Source: a virus
DNA: 25,751 bases
Virus record (IMG/VR): IMGVR_UViG_3300031994_000480
Coordinates: 1 to 25,751 of that record
Strand: one strand, 5' to 3'
This document shows positions 1 through 9,273 of the stretch, piece by piece; position 1 is the stretch's first letter; each line of letters starts with the position of its first letter. Below the pieces are notes generated by a model. That model was not told where the DNA came from. It saw nothing but the letters and a program-made list of their open reading frames with translations, and searched no databases. Made by a program: the position numbers and the translations under genes.

Positions 1-127
1 ATCTACTAAAATACTTCTTGGCACAATTACATTATCATTATAATCGCCTTTATCTTGATGATATTCCGCACTTGAAGCCCAAGTTGTTAATTCATTTCCA
101 CTGCTACCAGCCATTACATTACCTCCT
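1..127. repeat. Terminal direct repeat, copy A; identical to 25625..25751 (circular-contig overlap or terminal redundancy)
   Basis: Base-by-base comparison of the first 127 nt with the last 127 nt shows identity. The gene starting at 25738 continues seamlessly from position 114 of copy A. Confidence 0.95.
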
Positions 128-1151
128 CGCTAGCATTAGCAAGAGCCAATGATATTACGCCATTTGCGTCAATGCTGATACCAGTGCCCGCAGAATAACT
201 AGGAACTTGGCTTAAAGCATTATCGACATAATTCTGCGTCGCATACCCAGTTAGACTTTGATGCGAAGTTAGATATCCAGCATCGTTCGTAAAAGCACTT
301 ATATTAGTTGGCACTGTTGGGATAGTTGGTTTATCTTGTAAATCATTATAAGACAAATCAGTAGCATCAACGCTAATTTCGTTATTCGCATCTATATCAA
401 TGCCAGTGCCTGCGGTATAGGTAGCACCGCCACCGCCTCCGCCAGATGGAACAGTCTCCCAAGACTTGGTTGATGTGCCATTTGAAACAGTATCTACAAG
501 CATATAAGTGCCGTCAGTAGATGGGAAGGTTGGTAAAGACTGTTGATATAAAGCAAATAAATCTTCCATTATTGTATTGGTTCCTGACATAAGACCTGTT
601 TTTATCAAACCACCCGGTCTGCCGCCCCAAAAATAACCCGTTATCTATCCATTGGCTATCGAAAAGTTTAAATTGGTAGCCCAGGTATTGCCCGAATCTA
701 TTACAAGACCAAATAATTTATAAGAAGACATATATGTATTTCGAGGACCGGGCTATATTATTTTAAAAGGAAACAAAGCGTAGGAATATGAAGAAAAATA
801 ATCTTCATCATATGGTATAATTTGATTTTCAAGAGAACTCTCATTGGTAGCATATATCACATATTTATCTTCAAGTCCATTTTCTATATCATCGATAAAA
901 TTAGTAAATAACTATCTTTTTTCAACCGGTATTGTAAAAATAGAAGTGCTAGTGCTAGCGGATATAAATTGTGGATTAGAATTTATTCGAACTATAACTA
1001 TATATCTTTGCTATGCTCCACTACTTCCGCCGGCATTTTCCGCCACATATTCTTTGATATTTTTGCTTAATTCGAGCAGTCCTTCTTTATTAACTAATTT
1101 ACCACTATTAATTAATTCATAATCAGTTGCGGGATTAATTTCGCCTGCCAT
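114..1151 (-). CDS. Fibre / receptor-binding-type protein (about 345 aa) with a poly-Gly hinge and xAGTGIxIDANxxIS motifs
   Basis: ATG at 1149-1151 follows AAGGAGGGG. Four in-frame TAGs start at 1011, 912, 753 and 645 (+ coordinates), and the same frame holds throughout. TAA stop at 114-116 overlaps the next ATG (TAATG). Confidence 0.7.
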
Positions 1152-1166
1152 TATAACCCCTCCTTA

Positions 1167-1736
1167 TTAGGAAGCAGAAGCAGCACTCCAAATAGTATCG
1201 ATATCATTATTACTCAAAGTCTCAATAGTGATTTGAGTATCTCCAATGATTTCCCAAGCATTATTAATATAAGCATACTCGGTATAAACATTATTGGTGC
1301 CTGCGGTGCCTTTTGCTACCAAGTAAATAGTAGAAGTAGAAATGTTTGTGGTAGGTAAAGTCTGGACGATTTCAAAACCAAAAGTAGTAATGTTGCCAAT
1401 AGCAGAAGTAATATCACTCATAGTAGCAACCTTATTAGAAGAAGCATTATAAGCGGTATTAAATACTAATTCATCCTGCTTGCCGCTAATGTCTGGGATA
1501 TCTGCCATAGTCGCAACCTTGTTGCTAGTAGCATTATAAGCGGTATTGAAAGCAAGAGCGTCCTGCTTACCGCTGATGTCAGGAATGTCTGCCATAGTTG
1601 CGGCTTTATTAGAAGTAGCATTATATTCAGTATTAAAAGCCAAGGTATCCTGCTTTCCTGCTACGGCTGACTTTACTAATCCACTGTAATAAACTAATTT
1701 ATCACCGGTTAAAACTTTATTATCATAACTTGCCAT
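1167..1736 (-). CDS. Fibre protein with three tandem 29-aa repeats (GKQDxLxFNTxYNAxSNKxATMxDIxxIS)
   Basis: ATG at 1734-1736 follows AAAGGAG. TAA stop, no TAG. The repeats are visible in the translation. Confidence 0.7.
   Translation of the reverse strand: MASYDNKVLTGDKLVYYSGLVKSAVAGKQDTLAFNTEYNATSNKAATMADIPDISGKQDALAFNTAYNATSNKVATMADIPDISGKQDELVFNTAYNASSNKVATMSDITSAIGNITTFGFEIVQTLPTTNISTSTIYLVAKGTAGTNNVYTEYAYINNAWEIIGDTQITIETLSNNDIDTIWSAASAS
1404..1658 (-). repeat. Three tandem ~87-bp coding repeats inside the fibre gene
   Basis: Near-identical nucleotide blocks, e.g. gtagcaaccttattagaagaagcattataagcggtattaaa and gtcgcaaccttgttgctagtagcattataagcggtattgaa. They encode the 29-aa repeat. Confidence 0.8.
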
Positions 1737-1754
1737 AATCGCATTTCTCCTTTA

Positions 1755-1949
1755 TTATATACTATTCCAAATGTCAAGAATATCACTATTAGATAGATAT
1801 TCATAATTGCCGGCAGGTCCTTGCGGTCCTGCTGGACCAGGAGGTCCCTCTGGACCCTGCGGACCAGGTGCTCCGCGGTATGTTGGATTTGAGAGTTCTG
1901 CCTCGATATAAGGTTCAGTCTCAATCATACTTACAATTATCTCATTCAA
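1755..1949 (-). CDS. Small collagen-like protein (64 aa) with 7 G-X-Y triplets
   Basis: GAPGPQGPEGPPGPAGPQGPAG is encoded at about 1809..1874, a local GC-rich patch. The ATG overlaps the upstream TGA (ATGA). TAA stop. Confidence 0.7.
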   Translation of the reverse strand: MNEIIVSMIETEPYIEAELSNPTYRGAPGPQGPEGPPGPAGPQGPAGNYEYLSNSDILDIWNSI

Positions 1950-2275
1950 AATGTGATACCTCCTTCAAACTTGAACTTGGCTGGTCCAAGGATAGTATCT
2001 ACTCGTCCATCTGCCCCGTCAAACTGAATGTCATACCAATAATTACCTGGCTCAATATCGGTATCTGCGGAGGACAACTGGATAATCGCTCTTCCATTCT
2101 AAAATGAAGTAATGGTCTTTTGAATGACGGGATTTTCTTTTTCTTTCTCTGTATTAACAGTAAAGATAATCTTATCTCCATCATCCAAAACATAATTACT
2201 TAATCCAATAGCAAAGGAGCCCGTATCTTTGACAATCATACGCATCTTTTTTGTATCTTTATCAAAGTAAAGCAT
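1946..2275 (-). CDS. Hypothetical structural protein (109 aa, beta-rich; possible Ig-like/decoration protein)
   Basis: ATG at 2273-2275 lies 5 nt after GGAGGTG. One in-frame TAG at 2099-2101. TGA stop at 1946-1948. The standard ORF track misses this gene and instead shows an off-frame ORF at 1999..2193. Confidence 0.6.
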
Positions 2276-2287
2276 TCCGGCACCTCC

Positions 2288-2593
2288 TTATTCATTTACT
2301 TGCTGTAAAGTTGCGAACCACTCATTTCCTCTCTTGATTTGGTTCAATACTCTATAATGTTTATTATTCCAACTATATCTAGCATTAGCACTAGTATCAA
2401 GAGAGATATTAGATACAACATTAATGTTATCTAATACACTTTTGCCATACGCAGTAATTTGTTCCATAGAACTGTCTATGGATACACTTGCGGGAATAGT
2501 TTCTTTCTACTCAATCGTTGGCGGCACATACCCGCCGCCCTCATCCTGCGTAGTGTGATAAATTAAACGAGTTAAAGTCTCTCTCTTAATCAT
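2288..2593 (-). CDS. Head closure / stopper protein (SPP1 gp16 / Phage_H_T_join-like)
   Basis: The ATG overlaps the TGA of the adaptor gene (ATGA). One in-frame TAG at 2507-2509. TAA stop at 2288-2290. Position directly after the adaptor and the C-terminal pattern YRVLNQIKRGNEWFATLQ fit this family. Confidence 0.55.
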
Positions 2594-2886
2594 ATACACT
2601 TTACCTTTCTATGCTTGTTTAACATACGAACTACCTTTTGGCTATAAAAACTATCATAAGTCATACTCACACCAGAACTCTTTTGCTCTGTTGTCCCCTC
2701 ACTACCAATGCGGTTGTATCTTTCTATAACCATTTGGATTACAATATAATCGAGGTCATCATTATATTCATCTAAATTACAGTAGATGTATGCTTCTTCT
2801 TTACACAGATTAATGAGGACAACAAGTAATTCATCGATGTTATCATCATCTTCTGTGTGTAATAACAATTTTAACTTATCAAGCAC
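2590..2886 (-). CDS. Head-tail adaptor (gp6-like / Phage_connect_1)
   Basis: GTG start at 2884-2886 follows AAGGAGG. Acidic N-terminus (HTEDDDNIDELL) and the position after the capsid gene fit an adaptor. No TAG. TGA stop. Confidence 0.55.
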   Translation of the reverse strand: MLDKLKLLLHTEDDDNIDELLVVLINLCKEEAYIYCNLDEYNDDLDYIVIQMVIERYNRIGSEGTTEQKSSGVSMTYDSFYSQKVVRMLNKHRKVKCI

Positions 2887-2906
2887 AAAAATGAACCTCC
2901 TTCGTC

Positions 2907-2947
2907 AAAAAAATTAGAGGCTCATAGGATTTACTCCTATGAGCCTC
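2907..2947 (-). terminator. Rho-independent terminator after the capsid gene
   Basis: Perfect 13-bp stem (gaggctcatagga / tcctatgagcctc), a 5-nt loop, then a T7 run on the minus strand. Confidence 0.85.
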
Positions 2948-2954
2948 CTATCAA

Positions 2955-3731
2955 TTAAGCAACAGTAATCTTTACTAACTTGGTAGCGTCAGTCAAAGCA
3001 ACCAAAGCAACCTTGCGAGCATAGACCTTATTTTCACGAACATTAGCGTCGCGTTCTTGTTCGATTTCAGTGCTCTTCTTTACGAAAAGAGTAATGGCTT
3101 CTTTGGTAGCAAGATAACCAGTATCAGCAGGAACAGCCTTGGATACGATTACAGGAACACCACAAACAGAACCAATATAACCAGTGCGGACAAAGCCTTC
3201 AACATACTTCAAGTCGTCCTTCAAAGCCTTGCGGAAATCAGCCTGGTCGGCAGGAGAGATAAGCAAGAACAAGCCAGTCTCATCTTCAAGGTTCATCTTG
3301 GCAATAGCATCAACAACAGCATCAAAACTCCAAGCGGAAGCAGGAGCAAGAAGAGTTGCTTTATTATATTCAGCAATAGCCTTGGTGGTGAAGTCATTTA
3401 CCATCTGCTTGGCAAGTCCATCGAGACCCACATCGACTACCATAGGGTCAGTCATTTCCTGTTCATCATAATACTTGAAACGACCCTGGGTGGTGCCAAC
3501 CTCATACTCTTCTGGAACGAAACCAACTTCGATGTCTTCACTATTACCTACACCCATAGCAAGGTCTTCAACATTACCGGTAGCGGTATAACGATTAATA
3601 ACCTTCTTCATACCAGCATTTTCGGTAAGAGAATTATCAACAGTCATATAATTAGACAAGTCGATAGCAGTAGTCAAAATATCATTAATTTTATTTTCAA
3701 GAACAAAATTTTCATAAATGGTATGTGGCAT
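2955..3731 (-). CDS. Major capsid protein (small HK97-fold type, 258 aa)
   Basis: Uninterrupted ORF directly after the scaffold gene, with RBS AGGAGTG. Composition and position are typical of a major capsid protein. No TAG. TAA stop. Confidence 0.75.
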   Translation of the reverse strand: MPHTIYENFVLENKINDILTTAIDLSNYMTVDNSLTENAGMKKVINRYTATGNVEDLAMGVGNSEDIEVGFVPEEYEVGTTQGRFKYYDEQEMTDPMVVDVGLDGLAKQMVNDFTTKAIAEYNKATLLAPASAWSFDAVVDAIAKMNLEDETGLFLLISPADQADFRKALKDDLKYVEGFVRTGYIGSVCGVPVIVSKAVPADTGYLATKEAITLFVKKSTEIEQERDANVRENKVYARKVALVALTDATKLVKITVA

Positions 3732-3745
3732 AATTTCTACACTCC

Positions 3746-4324
3746 TTATTGTGTTAATTCTTTATATAATGTGGGATTAGTTCTATATATTTCAGCCTGT
3801 TGTGCGAGGTTCAACTTGCGGAACTGCTCTTTTGTCATCCCGCCCTGTTGTGCGGACCCTGCTTTTGGAGTAGGCTGGGCTATCCTCTTGGCAACCGCGT
3901 CTGCGACTGCCGCCTTAAATGCCTTATCAAAAGCATCAATGTTAGCCATCATAGTTTCCGCATCTTCCGCGACAATATAATCAACAAACTCAACTGGAAG
4001 CCCTCTGTTAGCCATCACTTTCGATGCCTCTAACTTATTTTGAGCGATAGCAAACTCTCGCTCCTTCTGTTCGAGTTCTTCCACTTTCTTATTAAACTCA
4101 TATTCACGGCGTTGATTTTCATCCATCTCACGCAACTTATCGGCTTCTGCCTGTTGCTTATCGAGTTCAGCCTTCTGCTTCTTCAATGCTTGTGAAACTC
4201 TCCGGTCGCCCTCTTGTTGTAGCAACTTTCTAACTTCTTCTTCGGTGTAAGTTTTTGGTTCGTTATTCCCCTCATCAATAGGAGTTGAATTATTTTCCAA
4301 ACCCTTATTTTCTAATTCACTCAT
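3746..4324 (-). CDS. Scaffolding protein (charged coiled coil, DUF4355-like)
   Basis: Start taken at MSELENK (ATG 4322-4324) after AGAGGT. Glu/Lys/Gln-rich helical sequence immediately upstream of the capsid gene. No TAG. TAA stop. Confidence 0.7.
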   Translation of the reverse strand: MSELENKGLENNSTPIDEGNNEPKTYTEEEVRKLLQQEGDRRVSQALKKQKAELDKQQAEADKLREMDENQRREYEFNKKVEELEQKEREFAIAQNKLEASKVMANRGLPVEFVDYIVAEDAETMMANIDAFDKAFKAAVADAVAKRIAQPTPKAGSAQQGGMTKEQFRKLNLAQQAEIYRTNPTLYKELTQ

Positions 4325-4383
4325 AATAATACCTCTCTTGAAAGAGCCCTCAACGGAGTTCTCTCTCATATAATATAATTTTT

Positions 4384-4413
4384 ATTCTAGACGGTTATGA
4401 CTGTTCCGCCCAA
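4384..4413 (-). promoter_or_regulatory. Candidate sigma70-type promoter for the scaffold-capsid unit (TTGGGC-18-TAGAAT)
   Basis: Hexamers read on the minus strand in the 4370-4492 intergenic region, divergent from the plus-strand promoter. Confidence 0.3.
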
Positions 4414-4430
4414 TCTAATAATTAGTTTAT

Positions 4431-4459
4431 TTGAAAAACTTATAAAATTATTATATAAT
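4431..4459 (+). promoter_or_regulatory. Near-consensus sigma70 promoter (TTGAAA-17-TATAAT) for the plus-strand small genes
   Basis: TTGAAA at 4431-4436, a 17-nt spacer, TATAAT at 4454-4459, and RBS AAAGGGG before the ATG at 4493. Confidence 0.6.
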
Positions 4460-4492
4460 ATATATGTAAGATAAAGAAAGGGGAAAAAACTA

Positions 4493-4714
4493 ATGGCAAA
4501 ATACGCAATGTTCTGTATCTGTAATGGGGAATGTCTGTTTTTCTTCACTTATAATTCATTCGACGAAGCAAGAGACGCAATGAAGAAAGAGTATCAGCAA
4601 GCCCTTATCGATGAAGGTTATGACCCCGAAATGGATGAGACTTGTGAAGCAGACGACTTCTGCTGGATACATACTATGGACCACATTGGCTGGTATATTA
4701 AGCCTTTGTTTTAA
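4493..4714 (+). CDS. Small Cys-containing acidic protein, paralog 1 (73 aa), unknown function
   Basis: ATG at 4493, TAA stop, no TAG. Shares MAKYAMFCICNxEC...YNSF...AM.K.YQQAL...WIH..DHI.WYIKPLF with the next gene. Confidence 0.7.
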   Translation: MAKYAMFCICNGECLFFFTYNSFDEARDAMKKEYQQALIDEGYDPEMDETCEADDFCWIHTMDHIGWYIKPLF

Positions 4715-4761
4715 TGCTCTATCCAACCTATTATATAATATATAAGAAAGGAAACAAACTA

Positions 4762-4986
4762 ATGGCAAAGAAATACGCGATGTTTTGTATCTGTAATGAA
4801 GAGTGTCAGTCTTTCAACACTTATAATTCATTCTACGAAGCAGAAGAAGCAATGAGAAAAGCCTACCAACAAGCCCTTGGCGACGAACATTATAATGATT
4901 ATGACGCCGAATGGGATGATGAAGCAGACAAATACTGGATACACAGTGCCGACCACATCCATTGGTATATTAAGCCCCTGTTTTGA
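4762..4986 (+). CDS. Small Cys-containing acidic protein, paralog 2 (74 aa), unknown function
   Basis: ATG at 4762 follows the duplicated ttatataatatata...aagaaagg leader. TGA stop. The ORF-track start at 4714 is an upstream extension. Confidence 0.7.
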   Translation: MAKKYAMFCICNEECQSFNTYNSFYEAEEAMRKAYQQALGDEHYNDYDAEWDDEADKYWIHSADHIHWYIKPLF

Positions 4987-4991
4987 GATTG

Positions 4992-5019
4992 AGACCCAGT
5001 AAATCTGGGTCTTTTTTTT
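4992..5019 (+). terminator. Rho-independent terminator of the plus-strand gene pair
   Basis: Stem agacccag / ctgggtct, loop taaat, then a T8 run. It overlaps the TAA of the convergent minus-strand gene. Confidence 0.8.
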
Positions 5020-5905
5020 ATTCCTCTAAACTTTCTTCCTCTTCCCAAACAACAAAAGAACAAGCACAGTTAGGATGGTATGGCGGCAATTCGATATTTA
5101 TATGTGCGTCCTCTAATCTCACAGGGTCGCCATCCACATAATCCAAACAAATCCCACCACATTCAGCGTCTCCTACGATTTCCACATATTCAACGCCTGC
5201 CTCTAAATAAGTATCTATCAGTGCTTGGTTATAAAAAGCCATCGTCTCGGTCTTTATTAACCGAGCAGTATCATAGGCAGTAGCATTCGTGAGTTCTCGC
5301 CAAGCCCACTTCATCCACTCCATACCCTTGCCATTTGTTAGCCCTTCCCGCAGTATAAAATCTAATTTCTTCTAAAAGTTTGCGGTGTGCTCGTATAAAC
5401 GCTGGCTATAAGTTTTTCCATCGCTACACCAAGGGATAGGAAGCACTTTACTTGTAATATAAGTATCTGTAATTCTTACCTCTGCTTTTGCTTGAAGATG
5501 CGGTGGCTATGTATTATCTTTCCACATAGGGGTTCTTTGAAGAATAATATAAACATCTTTACTCCCTTGCTGATAAGTATTTATAAGACTTTCAGTAATA
5601 ACATTATATGCTATCCACTGTCTTTCAGTCATTCTCCATACTTCACGCATCTACATTTCTTTTATCGCATATTCAACAGCAGGAAACTTACTCAAATCTA
5701 TCTTGCGGATATCCCCTATATAAGGGTCCCGCAAATACTTCTCAATAATGGTTTGGAGTTCTGGTTCTAACTCCTCCCACATTTCATTCATTATCTCATC
5801 AAGTAATTGATACAACTCTGCGGTTTTTTCATAGGCATCAGCCAATACCTATAACACTTGACGCTGAACGCGTTCAGTCTTCGTTAGTTTGCTCTTTCTC
5901 TTCAT
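5018..5905 (-). CDS. Head morphogenesis protein (SPP1 gp7 / Mu F-like)
   Basis: C-terminal ECGGICLDY...ELPPYHPNCACSF motif. Four in-frame TAGs start at 5849, 5651, 5507 and 5372. TAA stop. The ATG at 5903-5905 is uncertain (weak RBS, overlaps the portal end). Confidence 0.7.
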
Positions 5906-7262
5906 AGTTCTTCATAGCACCAGTAGAGTAATTTAAACTCGCAGATTGTAGGAATGGGTTATTCATTTTGCTCTTCTCTTGCTCGCTAGCGAGTTGCTCC
6001 TGTTCCGCCTTCACATCTTCAACGAAAGGCACTTGTGCCAAGAGGGTCTTGTTAGATACAATACCGTCAAGACTAGAAACCATTTGTGCCAACTCACTCA
6101 AATTAGTAGGAATGTTGCGTCTAAATACAATATCAATAGCACGCCAATCAAATGACGCACCCATCAAGCCCTGTATCTGTGCGATAAGTTCAAAACGCTG
6201 TTGTAAGCCCTTCTTAAACTTACGCTCCTTAATAGATACCAAGTTTTCAGTCCCCAAAGTCTTAAACTGTATCGCTACGCCGCTACTATTACCAGCAAAG
6301 TTTTCATCACTCATATCGGGGCAGTGAGCGAACTTATGAATATCTTTATCCAGGCGGACTTTCATATTTTCAGTAGTTGTATCATTAGCATTTTTAATAA
6401 GCCATTCCGCCGAAGTGCCTTCGTCCATCAAGAGCACTCTATTCTCTTTCATCTTTGCGATGTCTTCTGGGTCTGCGGTAAAGCCATAAAGTGCCAAATA
6501 AGCATCTACGAAGTAATCAAAATCATTTACCGTATCGCTTTCCATTACATCATAAGCGTCGATAAGACTAATTACAGTTTCAAAGTCGCCTAACTGCTCT
6601 TCATTATTCTTATAAATAGCAATAGGAACCATACCAAAATAATGTGGTGTAGTTTCAACCAACTGGAAACTTCCTGCTTGCGTGCTTTTATAAGTGAATA
6701 CTTCTTTATCGGTATAGAGTTCTGCGATAGTAGTTTCTTTATTATCCTACAAGATATCATTAACAGTATAATATCGAATAAATGCGGTTAAGTTGTGTTC
6801 GATAGTCTCATCATAAATAGGAATACATTCTTTTGGGTCAAGAGCACAAAAACGCAACATAGGACGCCCCATACCTTCATCCTCTTGCTCCATATAAAGT
6901 AATTCATATGCTATACCATAGATGCTTGCGTTCTTTGCTAATTCAGTATTTTCATCAGCCTCATCATTATATTCAAGTATCATCTATAATTCTTTAAGCA
7001 TATCAGTCTCTTCTGCGTTATAAGTGATGGGCTCGCCCACAAAATAACCCACTAATGAACTAGTAATAAGATTAGCATAAGGATTTACGATTTTATTATT
7101 TGGCTTTGTTGGGTCTGCCATTGTTCTATCATTTATGCTGTGCTGCCCGACATAATACTTATATAATTTCACCAGACGAGCCAAATCACGCGTCTTATGC
7201 TAATCTACAATTTTTTTTACTAAATCTGGGGTATAAACCGTATCTTTTGATAAAGTAATCAA
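5874..7262 (-). CDS. Portal protein (SPP1 gp6-like)
   Basis: TTG start at 7260-7262 lies 7 nt after GGGAGG. KLYKYYVGQHSI and later portal-like blocks. Three in-frame TAGs start at 7200, 6984 and 6747, and four ORF-track pieces share one frame. TGA stop. Confidence 0.85.
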
Positions 7263-7275
7263 GGATATACCTCCC

Positions 7276-8517
7276 TTAAAACAATAATTTTTTATCGAGA
7301 GTATTCAACTATACTCGTGCGTCCAAGCACTATAATGAATATCGTAAAGCGTCTAAATAGTGGTTCCATTTGTCAATAGGCTCATTAATATACTCATTAG
7401 TCTGCTTGTCTTTCGTCCAAGAATAATTCTCTAATTCTTCTTTTATATTTACACAAGAGGGGTGAATGATTAACTCATATTGCTACAACTTTTGAATACC
7501 TTGTAATACCGAACCTTTGCCCTTGACGCTCGGCTTGGCATTACGCAAACCCATTTGCCGCAACTCGTCTATACTCTTTTGCTCCGCACTATCACATATA
7601 ATAGTAGATTTTGCGAAACCTAATCCACTTATCGCTTGTGCGATTTGATTATTAAGAAATCCCGTGCCACCCCACTCTTGAAATACATAGATGCGGTTTT
7701 CTGCGGGAACCAAGAGAGAAGCAACAAATGCGGTTGGGTCATTCGTGTATCCAAAGTCGCATCCGCATAATAACTAACCTTTTATACTCTTGGCATCAAA
7801 ATCCATTACTTGCCAATTATTATACACTAATTTTTCAAGAGAGCCAAATTCACCAAGAGCATAAATAGTATAATAAACAGGATTAGTTTCTTTCATACGC
7901 AAGAGTGTATCAATATACGCTTGCGGCAAGAACCTATTATGTAAATAATTCGTCTTAATTATATTAACATTACGCCGCAGTTCCATCATTTCTGGATTAT
8001 CTGCGAAAAACCATAAATAGCACCAATTTGCTTTTGATACTGGGTTGAATGACAGTATTATCTACTGCCCGGACGCATATGGGTCTCTTACACGCAAATC
8101 AACCTGGCTAAAATCATCCGCACAGAACTCTGTCGCTTCTTCCAACCAGGCATCAGTGAGACCTACTATTGACTTTATTTTCTCGGTGTCATCTAAACCG
8201 GAACATAAAAACTAACTTCCATTTGGTAAAGTAATGCTGTAATCCGTTCTATTTACAACACATTTATTAAGTATATTAAAGTTCGTTAAGGTATCCAAGA
8301 GCAACTAGAATGTAGATGCCTTGGTGGTGCGATTTACCTTGCGGAGAACCAGTATCTTGCGGACATCCTTCAATGCTTTAATAACTAACTTCTACGCAAC
8401 AAATACACTTTTTCCTGAACCTGCTCCGCCATAATATACTTCATAGCGTTTAGAGTAGTCCAAGAGATAAGGATAATAAACAGAATTAAATACATTCTTA
8501 TGGATATTAAGTTTCAT
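7276..8517 (-). CDS. terL: Terminase large subunit
   Basis: Walker A YYGGAGSGKS, followed by LEEATE, SFNP, CGCDFGY, FQEWGG and DALRYSL blocks. Eight in-frame TAGs start at 8392, 8305, 8212, 8062, 7774, 7483, 7330 and 7309. TAA stop at 7276-7278. Confidence 0.9.
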
Positions 8518-8911
8518 TTTTATCCCCAACAATAGAGACTTCAATCACATCTTTGGTTTCTACCTTTTGGTTCTGTAAGCCCAGATTTTTACTCAATAGG
8601 CTTAAAGCATTTAGTTTAGCAGAAGTAGTATAAACTTCATCGCCCTTCTGTGCGAATGCTATGCTCGCTAATTCACTATTAACTCTGTATGCGTCGATAC
8701 CCATAGCGTCATAGATTTCCTTTTTACGCATTTCTAGGTATTCTCTTACTTCTGGTTTCTGTAATAGTTTATATGGAGAAGCATTAAGTGTAGATTTATT
8801 AGTGATACCAAAAATATCTCTATAAGCATCCTATGCTTTATATCCATTAGATAGATATAATTCTACAAATGCTTTCCATTTAGTTTCTGGTGTTTTAGGA
8901 TTATAGCCCAT
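8507..8911 (-). CDS. terS: Terminase small subunit (Terminase_2 / P27-like)
   Basis: ATG at 8909-8911. YLSNGYKA[TAG]DAY resembles the NATQAA helix-turn-helix motif. One in-frame TAG at 8831-8833. The TAA stop overlaps the terL start. Confidence 0.7.
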
Positions 8912-8921
8912 TATTTACACC

Positions 8922-9098
8922 TCACTCTCTTGGGAATTGTTTTTTATATTCATTCCATTTATTTAATCCCTCTTGTAATCTTTCATTTTTTATAAAAGTA
9001 TAGTAAAATGTTCCATTCTTGTGTCTCTTCTTTTCAAGATAATCTATACCCTACATTTTCAAGAAGAGACACAGATTTTTTGAATAACAGTAGAACAT
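8922..9098 (-). CDS. Small protein (58 aa), DUF5659-like by motif recollection
   Basis: ATG at 9096-9098 follows GAGGGG. One in-frame TAG at 9051-9053. TGA stop. Its architecture is similar to the 9686..9883 product. Confidence 0.45.
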
Positions 9099-9166
9099 AG
9101 TGTTTCCCCTCATTTATCTTGTTTCCAAGGTTATTTATTCCCTATTTTATATATTTTATATATTAT

Positions 9167-9270
9167 GCGGACGAAATCTGTCCGCTAAACCGGACTAAAT
9201 CTGTCCGCTACATTCCGGACTGTTTTCGTCCGCTTCCTGCTAGCAAATAGCGGACGAAATCTGTCCGCTA
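9167..9270. repeat. Array of four 20-21-bp self-complementary repeats (GCGGAC-N7-GTCCGC(TA)); candidate iterons/origin or operator set
   Basis: Copies at 9167-9187, 9190-9210, 9215-9234 and 9250-9270; the first and fourth are identical. An AT-rich tract at 9131-9166 flanks the array, which lies immediately 3' of the winged-helix gene. Confidence 0.8.
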
Positions 9271-9273
9271 CGA

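Noticed and set aside
1809-1874. GC-rich patch as a foreign insertion or regulatory element
   Set aside because: It is explained by the Gly-Pro codons of the collagen-like repeat.
1709-2193. Minus-strand ORFs 1709..1924 and 1999..2193 from the track
   Set aside because: They are off-frame overlaps of the collagen-like gene and of the TAG-containing 1946..2275 gene. Neither has an RBS, and their translations are junk-like.
3057-3980. 307-aa plus-strand ORF, the longest plus-strand ORF in the track
   Set aside because: It is antisense to the well-supported capsid and scaffold genes. It has low-complexity composition, no RBS and no recognisable motifs, so it is a shadow ORF. The same applies to 844..1122, 3184..3471, 5968..6327, 6324..6593, 12920..13506, 16067..16327, 17842..18246, 21943..22209, 22762..23112 and 23641..23952.
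5874-5876. TGA reassignment (code 4-like)
   Set aside because: TGA terminates the portal, adaptor, chaperone, 1946..2275 and 8922..9098 genes at sensible positions. I saw no in-frame TGA inside any conserved gene.
9167-9270. Repeat cluster as a mini-CRISPR array
   Set aside because: The repeats are 20-21 bp with gaps of only 2-15 bp. There are four copies, two of them degenerate, each copy is self-palindromic, and no cas genes are present. This fits iterons or operators better.
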